This document shows positions 27,351-36,087 of a stretch of 64,000 nucleotides of DNA, piece after piece. How positions within the stretch are numbered: the stretch's first letter is position 1; each line of letters opens with the position of its first letter. The DNA is from Candidatus Poribacteria bacterium (GTDB taxonomy: Bacteria > Poribacteria > WGA-4E > PCPOR2b). Position numbers and translations under genes: made by a program. Under the pieces are notes generated by a model. That model was not told the origin of the DNA and made no database searches. It was given only the letters and a program-made list of their open reading frames with translations. The stretch is from the NCBI GenBank assembly GCA_965208675.1, contig OZ242351.1:1376001-1440000 (forward strand), in the 5' to 3' direction.

Positions 27351-28166
27351 ATGGCAGAACCCGATGCGATTGATGCAAATAGTGGTGATGTTCCTGCCGA
27401 AACGACTGCCCGAGCTACGCGGCAGTTGCCGAAGGAAAACACCGTGCGCGTCAGGAATTTGATTAAAAGATATGAGATGGGTTCGAGTATCGTCGGTGCG
27501 TTGCAAGGCGTTAATTTCGAAATTCGCCGCGGCGAATACATATCGATTATTGGCCCCTCCGGAAGCGGAAAATCCACGCTTTTTAACATGATTGGGGGGT
27601 TGGATAAACCGACGGAAGGCAGGGTGTATATTGATGAGGTGGATATTGCGCAGTTAGATGCATATGAGCTTGCATGGCTTCGTTGCCGCAAAATCGGTTA
27701 CATATTTCAATCGTTTAATTTAATTCCTGTGATGACTGCCTTGGAAAATGTCTCCCTACCAATGATATTTGGAGGTATGACCGCCGATGACAGCCGCCAA
27801 AAGGGTGCGGACTTGCTTACACTGGTGGGGTTAGGCGACCGGATACAGCATAAACCGCTTGAACTCTCCGGTGGACAGCAACAGCGCGTTGCCGTTGCGC
27901 GCTCTCTTGCTAACGATCCGGCAATTGTGCTTGCGGACGAGCCGACAGGCAATCTTGATACCCATACAGGCCTGGAGATTATCGCCCTTCTAAAACAGTT
28001 GAACGAAGAAAACGGTGTGACAATCATCACTGCTACCCATGATACAAAGATGCTTGACGTATCGGACCGAATTTTCTATATGGCTGACGGCAAAGTTGAA
28101 AAGATTGAGACCCGCGACGAAATTGATCTGCAGGTCGGTCGGCTGGACGGTCAGGAAGTTGGGTAG
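27351..28166 (+). CDS. ABC transporter ATP-binding protein (MacB/LolD/FtsE type)
   Basis: GPSGSGKST, IGYIFQSFNL, LSGGQQQRV, ADEPTGNLD and ATHD; its ATG directly follows the PqqD stop (TAGATG). Confidence 0.95.
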   Translation: MAEPDAIDANSGDVPAETTARATRQLPKENTVRVRNLIKRYEMGSSIVGALQGVNFEIRRGEYISIIGPSGSGKSTLFNMIGGLDKPTEGRVYIDEVDIAQLDAYELAWLRCRKIGYIFQSFNLIPVMTALENVSLPMIFGGMTADDSRQKGADLLTLVGLGDRIQHKPLELSGGQQQRVAVARSLANDPAIVLADEPTGNLDTHTGLEIIALLKQLNEENGVTIITATHDTKMLDVSDRIFYMADGKVEKIETRDEIDLQVGRLDGQEVG

Positions 28167-28998
28167 GTTTTGCTCTATCACCAAATGTTGGAGTAAAACA
28201 ATTTGAAGAAAGGCCACACAGTGATACAGGCACAGGTATAGCACAAATTCTGACGAGAAAATAGTTTCAGGTTATACTCATAGCCAATTATTCGTCCGCG
28301 AACTATTGTCCCTTCCCTATCTCAATTTCGCAAGCCGTTAGCCGTTTTTCTTTTTCCCTCCAATTATTCGTGCTGATTTACCTTACACCGTAAATGAAGA
28401 GAAATGCCTTCAAGTTGAGTTGGACACCTGCCAGTCTCACTCAAGATGTCATTCTCTCCTTGCCGATAAATGGTGTAATGAGCAAAAATCTAGTAGCCTG
28501 ACAAATCGCATGTCCAAGAGCATGATTGAATAATAGGTGGCGAGGTGAAATTTTGCCTTTTGAATTGTAACATTCGGTGAAAATTCTATCGCGCTCCACA
28601 TTCGGTCGCTTAATCCAACTTTGGGGCTTTTGATTAAGGGGTAATTGGCGTTTCCATTTACCGTTCGCACTTCTAGGGTTTTGCTTTAACAGCTTGAATA
28701 AAAGCTGATGGCAGAATAATGTTTTTGTCATTTGTGGGACCAAATCATTGGATATTCAAGACACGTAATATCGAATATTCTCCCCCGAAGACAGTTTCGA
28801 ACTTTTCAAACAATTTGCATTAAAAGCCAGTTCATCAACCACAAATATCGGTTGCATTTCAGGCTCGAATTGTGAGATAATGTCCAATAGAACTGCATTG
28901 ATAATGTTTTTTTTGCAAGGCTTACCCGTTAACAAATTTTGAATTCAATTCTGGAATATACGGCTTATACTTAGAAAACCAAATGGAGGAAATTTACG

Positions 28999-30420
28999 AT
29001 GAGAATGCACATTGGCGGAGAGTGGGTTGATAGACCGCAGAAGATAGATGTGTTGAACCCTTTTGACAACTCGGTTGTCGACACGATTCCGAAATCAAAC
29101 CTCAACGATGTTGAAAATGCGATTGAAACCGCAGTGCGCGGTGCAAAAGCCATGGCGAAGCTGACCGGCTACGAGCGGTACGAAATTCTTCACAAAGCCT
29201 CAGAACTGATGGCGGAACGCGCGGAAGATTTAGGCCGCACGATTACATTAGAAGAAGGCAAGATTATCGCTGAAGGGCGAATGGAAGCTAGCCGTGCTGC
29301 CGAGATTATAGCGCTTTCGGCTGAAGAAGCCAAACGGCTGGGCGGCGAGGTTGTTCCGCTCGAAGGTGCACCAGGTGCTCACGGCAAGTTCGGATTTACT
29401 GTGCGCGTACCGTGCGGCGTCGTTGTAGGCATAAGTCCATTCAACTTTCCGCTTCACCTCGTCTGTCATAAGGTCGGACCTGCATTGGCAGCAGGAAACG
29501 CCATTATCGTTAAACCAGCCACTGATACACCGCTGTCGGCGCTCAAGCTCGTTGAGATTCTATTAGAGGCTGGCGCACCGCCAGAAGCGATTCAGTGTTT
29601 GACAGGCCAGGGCGGAGATATTGGAGATGCGCTATGTGCAGATCGACGCGTTCGAAAGATTACCTTCACTGGCAGCCGTGATATCGGCGAACATATTTGC
29701 CACGTTGCCGGGCTTAAACGGGTAACGATGGAGTTGGGTTCAAACTCGCCGCTCATTGTTATGCCTGATGCGGATCCGGAGAAGGTCGCCAAAGCTGCGA
29801 CGGCATCCGGATTCTCAAATGCCGGTCAGGTCTGCATCTCGACACAGCGAGTTATCGCTCACGAGAAGATTTACGGAGACTTTCTGGATGCTTTTAAAAC
29901 GACAGTTGAAGGAATCACTACTGGAGATCCGCTTGATGAGCCCACACGGATGGGACCGATGATCCGCGAGACTGATGCCATCCGAGTGGATCAATGGGTC
30001 GAGGAAGCTCTCGGTGACGGTGCTGAACTGATTGCAGGCGGGGGAAGGAACGGTCAGATTTATAATCCCACAGTTGTCGCCAACGTTAAACCGGAGATGA
30101 AAATTTCGTGCGACGAAATCTTTGGACCGGTTGTTGGAGTAACCCCCGCAGCTAGTATCGATGATGCCATTGCGTTAGCCAACGACACGAACTATGGGTT
30201 GAGTGCGGCGATATGCACCCAAAACATCGACTGGGCGATGAAGTTCGTGCGCGAGGTAGAGTCGGGTAACCTGATGGTGAATTGGGGAACCCAGTGGAGG
30301 GCCGACTTGATGCCGTATGGAGGGCTAAAAGAGAGCGGAATGGGCAAAGAAGGACCCAAGTACGCAGTGGAGGAAATGACAGAGCTGAAGATGGCAGTCT
30401 TCCATCTAAATGATACGTAG
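28999..30420 (+). CDS. NAD(P)-dependent aldehyde dehydrogenase
   Basis: SPFNFP, FTGS, MELGSN, NAGQVCIS, EIFGP and PYGGLKESG. Confidence 0.92.
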   Translation: MRMHIGGEWVDRPQKIDVLNPFDNSVVDTIPKSNLNDVENAIETAVRGAKAMAKLTGYERYEILHKASELMAERAEDLGRTITLEEGKIIAEGRMEASRAAEIIALSAEEAKRLGGEVVPLEGAPGAHGKFGFTVRVPCGVVVGISPFNFPLHLVCHKVGPALAAGNAIIVKPATDTPLSALKLVEILLEAGAPPEAIQCLTGQGGDIGDALCADRRVRKITFTGSRDIGEHICHVAGLKRVTMELGSNSPLIVMPDADPEKVAKAATASGFSNAGQVCISTQRVIAHEKIYGDFLDAFKTTVEGITTGDPLDEPTRMGPMIRETDAIRVDQWVEEALGDGAELIAGGGRNGQIYNPTVVANVKPEMKISCDEIFGPVVGVTPAASIDDAIALANDTNYGLSAAICTQNIDWAMKFVREVESGNLMVNWGTQWRADLMPYGGLKESGMGKEGPKYAVEEMTELKMAVFHLNDT

Positions 30421-30615
30421 ACGTCTCATGTACGAGCTGTTTAAACCTTTAAGGACATTCCGCTTTAACACTTTCTGCCCGCGATGTGAATGGTCCTGCG
30501 GGTTCAACCTTTAAATTTGGACCTGATCTTTTACGACGTCATTTTTGCGGTTATCCAATAGCTAGGAACAATCCCGCAATTTACTCACCTACTTCGGGGT
30601 AAGTTTATTTTTCCT

Positions 30616-32918
30616 ATGACAAGGGCGCATTTTGTCTGTACGTTATGGATTGGAATCTTATTCGCTGTTTACGGCGGGTTTGCCTATGCTCTGGTATTCG
30701 GGGATACCGCCTTACAGGGGGCCATCTTTACCGCTGCGGATAGCTCACCCGCACAACAGCCGATATTCGAAATAAGAGGTTTATTTCACACAAATCTCTC
30801 TGCGCCGCCTAATTTCGGAGCACGATCTACTGTATCCGACGAAACCCAATCTACCACTAGAACCGAAACGTTAGATGAGTTGCGCAGAGAAAAATTGTCC
30901 GGTACGGCCCCATCTCCAAATTCCAGTTCAACACTCCCTTATAATTTTATTTCAAATTCAGATGAAAAGCAGATTGCGAAGTTGGTTTCCAATGCGGCAT
31001 CCATAACCGGTATCCGGATGCCAATGCGGTCGTCCTATGGGAAGCAGAGATATTGGAAATCAGTGACGATGCAAGTTCTGTTTATTCAACACGCCGCGTT
31101 GTAAAGATTCTGAACGAGGGAGGATTCAAATTCGGCGGGATTAGTATCCCTTACACGCGCGGAAATGATAATATCACCCTTCATCATGCACGAAGCATAA
31201 CGCCCGATGGGCGGGTGACTGAACTGGATAAGCGCAAAATTGTTAAAGATATTCCTCCGCCAAGTGCAGTCGAACGTGGGTTGTTTGTTGACGCTCGACT
31301 AATGCACTTCACAATCCCCGAAATGGCCAATGGCTGCGTCATTGACTACGCTTATTCGTCCAAAAACTTGGGCAACATCATGCAAGGCGAATTCTGGCGG
31401 CAAGTCTATTACCAAACATCCGCACCGGTACAATACTTCCGCTTCACAGTGCACCTGCCCAAAAATAAACCGCTCTATTACCAGATAAGCGGCCCGTTAA
31501 TTGAACCGGTGATTACGGAAGGCAACTACACGCGCACTTACACATTTGAAGTGCGCGATGTGCCAGCGTTACATCGGGAAGAATTCATGCCAGCCATTGA
31601 AGACGTCGCATACAATATCAGCATCTCATCAATCGCATCGTGGGATGAACTGGTCATATGGTATGCGTCACTCATCCAGGATCAGGATTTAATCTCGCCA
31701 GAAATTCAGGAGACCACAAAATCGCTGCTTAGGGGGGCTTGGACCCGAAAGGAGAAGATTAAGCGGCTTTACGAATACGTAACCGCGAACATCAATTACG
31801 TTGGAATCGAACTTGGGATTTGGGCGATTAAACCCCATCCGGCGCCCTTGATTCTCAAAGAAAAATATGGCGACTGCAAAGACAAAACAACATTGTTAAG
31901 TACCATGCTGGCTGCTACAGGGATTAGGTCGTATCCTGTGTTGATTTCAGCTGGCGCCTCCCGCAGTGTTGTGCGAGAAATTCCGTCGCTCGCATACTTC
32001 AATCACATGATTCTCGCGGTGGAGAAGAAAGATGGCGCTGATTTCATCTGGTTAGATTCGACTGCGGAAACTTGTGCATTTGGTGATTTCCCTGCAAGTA
32101 ATCAAGACCGGTGGGCACTTATTCTTAATCCCGACTATCTCATGAATGACATCCCTGCACAGACGCAGCGACATTCCCGAGAAAATCAGGGCAGTGTCAA
32201 TTATGAAAATGAAAAACATGATACAAATGAGGGGATGACTAATCGTTTATTTCGTTTTGCAAAGAGTCCAACATCTCCGCCAGAGCAAAATTTAAAGCGC
32301 ACCGTTACACAATTTCACGTCGAAAGCGATCTCTCGGTAAAGTCAACACAGGAAATCACGGTTACGGGAGATTTCAACACAAAACTCCGACATAAGTTGA
32401 GACACCTTCACCCCGATGAGCGAGCGAAGTTCTTGCACGAGTACATGGAACTTGACAACCGCGCCACCTTAACCTCTTTTGAGATTTCTGAATTAGACGC
32501 GATTCATGAGCAACTAAAGATTAACCTAGAATGGCACTGTGCGGACTACCTATTTGCCATTGGGCGCCAATTTCTTCTAAAACTACCGCTTGTCAAAAAC
32601 CCTTACGAATCCCTGCTGAGCGAGGATCGCCGCATGTATCCAGTAGTCCTCGGAAGGACACTTACCTTTGAGGACGAAGTTACCGTTTATTTGGCATCAC
32701 CTTTCGTAGGGGACTCTGTTCCAGAAAATCGAGATTTCCACAACAGCATTGGATCCGTCCAAATAAACCACGAAAAGTCCAAGCGAAAACTGTCAATGAA
32801 GCAAATTCTGCGTTTGCAAAAACCTAGAGTTGAAGTCGATCAGGTGCCAGCACTGAAAGAACTCGTCAGGCTCGCCTCGAATAAGGGAACGAAACATTTG
32901 GTGTTGGTGCAACCGTAA
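30616..32918 (+). pseudogene. Secreted DUF3857 plus transglutaminase-like protein, split by a 1-nt frameshift near 31000
   Basis: Signal peptide lies in ORF 30616. The second frame is open from 30966 and reads RYPDANAVVLWEAE...RRVVKILN, then YGDCKDK / FNHMI / WLDST (Cys-His-Asp triad). Confidence 0.75.
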
Positions 32919-32957
32919 AAGCGAGAGAAAGGCATTGCTTTAAGTAGTAAATCCAGA

Positions 32958-33407
32958 ATGAATATGATTGAAGAACACGCGTGGATTCAGACGATTGTCC
33001 TCTGGGTCGCGTCCCACTTGATGGAGATTGCCATTCTGTCCGGTATTACCCTCATTGGTAGCATTGTTAGCATTGGAGCGTTAGTAATTTACCTGCCAAC
33101 AGATTATTTTACGCGTGAAAAACATGTCAGCGTTGTAGCGAACCCAATACTGCGGATCTTGCTGCGAATTTTGAAAAACATATTCGGCGTGATCGCGCTG
33201 TTCATTGGATTCATCATGTTGATTGGACCTGGTCCAGGTCCTTTGACAATCTTGGTCGGTGTCATTCTCTGCGATTTTCCAAGTAAACGGAAAGTTGAGC
33301 GCAAACTAATTGCACGCCCATTGTTACTTACCACAGCCAACAGGATTAGGGCGCGATTCAATCGCACACCGATTCTGTTATATGACAAACAGGCAGACCT
33401 AGGTTGA
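32958..33407 (+). CDS. PGPGW-domain transmembrane protein
   Basis: YLPTDYF, KNIFG, GFIMLIGPGPGPLTILVG and DFP. Confidence 0.75.
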   Translation: MNMIEEHAWIQTIVLWVASHLMEIAILSGITLIGSIVSIGALVIYLPTDYFTREKHVSVVANPILRILLRILKNIFGVIALFIGFIMLIGPGPGPLTILVGVILCDFPSKRKVERKLIARPLLLTTANRIRARFNRTPILLYDKQADLG

Positions 33408-33458
33408 AAGAAGCCGACGGATACCGCTGTATGACGCCTCGGCAATGTCAATTACCCT

Positions 33459-33510
33459 TAAAAAACAAAAGGCACCCTCGAATAGTTACCGTATTGTTCA
33501 AGGATGCCTG
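33459..33510 (-). terminator. Probable intrinsic terminator after the EF-G-like gene
   Basis: Imperfect AGGCA...TGCCT hairpin followed by TTTTGTTTTTT on the minus strand. Confidence 0.55.
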
Positions 33511-33540
33511 AAATTGATACTGTTCAGATTCGTTTACCGC

Positions 33541-35625
33541 CTACTCTTCCGCCTCCGCTTTTGCTTGATCTATAATTTTTTGTGCAATCTCGTCGGGCAC
33601 CTCTTCGTAACGTGAAAATTCCATAGTGAAGCTACCGCGTGCGCTCGTTATAGATTTCAAATCTATAGAATAGCGGAACATCTCTGCAAGCGGCACTTGC
33701 GCTTGAATGACCTGGCGTCTGCCCGACTGCTCCACGCCCATCACGCGGCCGCGCTTACTATTGAGATCGCCGATCACATCCCCCATGAATTGATCGGGAA
33801 CTGATATGGTTACGTCCATAATTGGTTCGAGCATCACCGGCCTTGCTTGGTTGGCAGCCTCCCTGAACGCGAAAGATCCAGCGATTTGGAAGGCGAGGTC
33901 TGAGGAATCAACAGGATGGTGTTTCCCGTCGTAGAGATCGACCTGGAAATCAACCACGGGATACCCCGCTAGTATTCCCTGCACCATTGATTCGCGGATG
34001 CCTTTTTCTACCGCTGGAATAAAGTTTCGCGGAATGGATCCCCCCACGATGTTGTTGACAAATTCGAATCCGGCGCCTCGATCGAGCGGTGCGAGATTTA
34101 TCCAGACATCTCCAAATTGCCCGCGTCCACCCGACTGGCGTTTGTAACGCCCCTGGACACTAGCTACGCGGTTCCGAATTGTCTCCTTATAAGGGACTAT
34201 GGGAACATCTACAGTGGTTTCAAGCCCGAATTTGTCTTTCATTCGAGCGCGTACCACACTAATATGCACCTCGCCTAATCCGGAGACTAGCAACTGTTTG
34301 GTCGTTTCATTCCGGTCAATTTGAAACGCTGGGTCTTCTTCTGACATACGGTTAAGCGTAGTTGTTAATTTCTCGTCGTCTCCTTCGCGTGCAGGGTGTA
34401 TAGCGAATGAAATTACGGGTTTGGGAAATTCAATTCCGGGGAGTTGGATTTTCTGGCCGACTTCGCAGAGCGTGTCACCTGTCTGCGTTAGCGCGAGTTT
34501 TGGCACGGCGCCGAAATCGCCTGCTCCAATTTGTGCGGTGTTAGTCAGCTCCTTCCCATTCATATAAGAAATTTTTCCGATTCGTTCGTTTTTATCTTGC
34601 CCTACGTTTAATGCTTGTGAATCGCCCTTAAGAATTCCGGAATAGACTCGAAAGAGGCTTAGCCGTCCAGCAAATGGATCAGCCAGCGTCTTGAAGACTA
34701 CTGCTGACATAGGCGTGTCGACGGAAGGCTCTCGCGCAGTCTCACCGTCTATGCTTACAACAGGTTTTGCCTCGACTGGCGAGGGGAAGCAGCTTATCAA
34801 AGTATCCATCAATGGTTGTACACCGATGTTGTTAATTGCGGAACCGCAGAGTACCGGGATAAATTGATTGGCGCGAATGCCTGTACGCAGTCCTGCGCGA
34901 ATTTCTTCTTCTGTCAGCTCACCTTCAAAAAACTTCTCGATGAGAGCATCATCGTTCTCCGCAACGGCTTCAACAAGTTGTTCGCGAGACTCTTCCGCTT
35001 GCCCTTGTAGTAGGTCTTCAGGAATGTCCACTTTGGATACAATCTTGTTTCCATCGGGTTTTGTGAACGCTCCCATTTGAACTAAATCTACTATACCTGT
35101 AAAGTTTTCTTCTTTGCCGACCGGTATCTGCAGCGGCGTCGTATTAGCTTCGAGCACCTCTCCGGTACTCGCCAAGGCGTTTTCAAAACTCGCGTTCTCC
35201 TTATCCATTTTATTGACAAAAACCAGCTTTGGCAGTTCATATTTGTCCGCAATCTCCCAAACTTTTTCTGTTCCACCTTCTACTCCGGTTGTTGCATCGA
35301 TTACCACTACCACCGCATCAACGATGCGAAGTACGCTATTAAGATCGCCGTAAAAATCCTCTGCGCCGGGCGTATCAAAGAGATTGAGTTTGTGTCCCCT
35401 CCATTCCGCAATACACACAGAACAGTTAATTGTCGTTTTGCGTGCAATTTCGTCCGGGGCGTAATCGGCAACTGTATTCCCATCATCCACTTGCCCCATT
35501 CGCTCAACTGCGCCTCCGTTATAAAGAATTGCTTCAATTAGCGAAGTCTTTCCCGCGCCGGAGTGCGAAATAACACCGATATTGCGAATCTGTTCTGTTT
35601 TGTATTCATTCATATGCTTGGACAT
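33541..35625 (-). CDS. fusA: Elongation factor G-like protein (EF-G2)
   Basis: Full EF-G architecture: SHSGAGKTS, DTPGA, NKMD, QSGGRGQ, VDSS and LEPIM. Divergent GTPase motifs and a location outside the str operon indicate a second copy. Confidence 0.9.
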   Translation of the reverse strand: MSKHMNEYKTEQIRNIGVISHSGAGKTSLIEAILYNGGAVERMGQVDDGNTVADYAPDEIARKTTINCSVCIAEWRGHKLNLFDTPGAEDFYGDLNSVLRIVDAVVVVIDATTGVEGGTEKVWEIADKYELPKLVFVNKMDKENASFENALASTGEVLEANTTPLQIPVGKEENFTGIVDLVQMGAFTKPDGNKIVSKVDIPEDLLQGQAEESREQLVEAVAENDDALIEKFFEGELTEEEIRAGLRTGIRANQFIPVLCGSAINNIGVQPLMDTLISCFPSPVEAKPVVSIDGETAREPSVDTPMSAVVFKTLADPFAGRLSLFRVYSGILKGDSQALNVGQDKNERIGKISYMNGKELTNTAQIGAGDFGAVPKLALTQTGDTLCEVGQKIQLPGIEFPKPVISFAIHPAREGDDEKLTTTLNRMSEEDPAFQIDRNETTKQLLVSGLGEVHISVVRARMKDKFGLETTVDVPIVPYKETIRNRVASVQGRYKRQSGGRGQFGDVWINLAPLDRGAGFEFVNNIVGGSIPRNFIPAVEKGIRESMVQGILAGYPVVDFQVDLYDGKHHPVDSSDLAFQIAGSFAFREAANQARPVMLEPIMDVTISVPDQFMGDVIGDLNSKRGRVMGVEQSGRRQVIQAQVPLAEMFRYSIDLKSITSARGSFTMEFSRYEEVPDEIAQKIIDQAKAEAEE

Positions 35626-35660
35626 ATCTCCTTATCAATGGATTAACCTCACAGCGAGGG

Positions 35661-35689
35661 ATTTTAGCACACGGCTATAATAATTGCAA
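35661..35689 (-). promoter_or_regulatory. Putative sigma70 promoter for the EF-G-like gene
   Basis: TTGCAA-N17-TAAAAT with an extended -10 TG on the minus strand. Confidence 0.6.
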
Positions 35690-35778
35690 GGAAAAACCTC
35701 GGCTTTAAAGTCATACCGGGGGTACCAAGTTACCTCGCGATGGTTCAGAATTTACGTAGGATATTGTGGTGCAAGCCG

Positions 35779-35840
35779 AAAAAAAAGAGCACAGCAGGAG
35801 GAGGCCATTGTTGTTAATTAGGACCAACTCCACTGTGCTC
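35779..35840 (-). terminator. Possible terminator downstream of the TonB-dependent receptor
   Basis: GAGCACAG/CTGTGCTC inverted repeat (long imperfect stem) followed by T8 on the minus strand. Confidence 0.45.
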
Positions 35841-35951
35841 CCAATGAACACGCTAGTGGTAGTCAAAGATTATGACGCATCGCACCAAGGTGGTTGCCGA
35901 TTGTCGCAGCCACCATACGGTAAATGAGTTATCACCAAGCATGTTGAAAAT

Positions 35952-36074
35952 TAGATTGGGGTTATTTCACGGGATTGGGTTGAATCGAACCGACGAAAGA
36001 TACCGCATGCCACCGTTGAATTTCGCGGTTCGATTCCGCTTGAGGCTTCACCAATAAAGTGACACCCAATCTAC
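35952..36074. repeat. MITE/REP-like element with terminal inverted repeats
   Basis: TAGATTGGG (35952) and GATTGGGT (35973) pair with ACCCAATCTAC (36064-36074). Confidence 0.45.
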
Positions 36075-36087
36075 ATTACAGACTACA

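Noticed and set aside
28167-28998. AT-rich gap of about 830 bp with small ORFs (28441-28743, 28449-28670) as candidate RiPP precursors or an IS remnant
   Set aside because: The ORFs overlap on the opposite strand and show no recognisable motif, convincing SD, precursor-like composition or terminal repeats.
36022-36053. GCGGTTCGATTCCGC...CACCA resembling a tRNA/tmRNA T-arm and CCA end
   Set aside because: The spacing from T-stem to CCA is 2 nt too long, there is no matching acceptor 5' strand, D-arm or anticodon arm, and it lies inside an inverted-repeat element.
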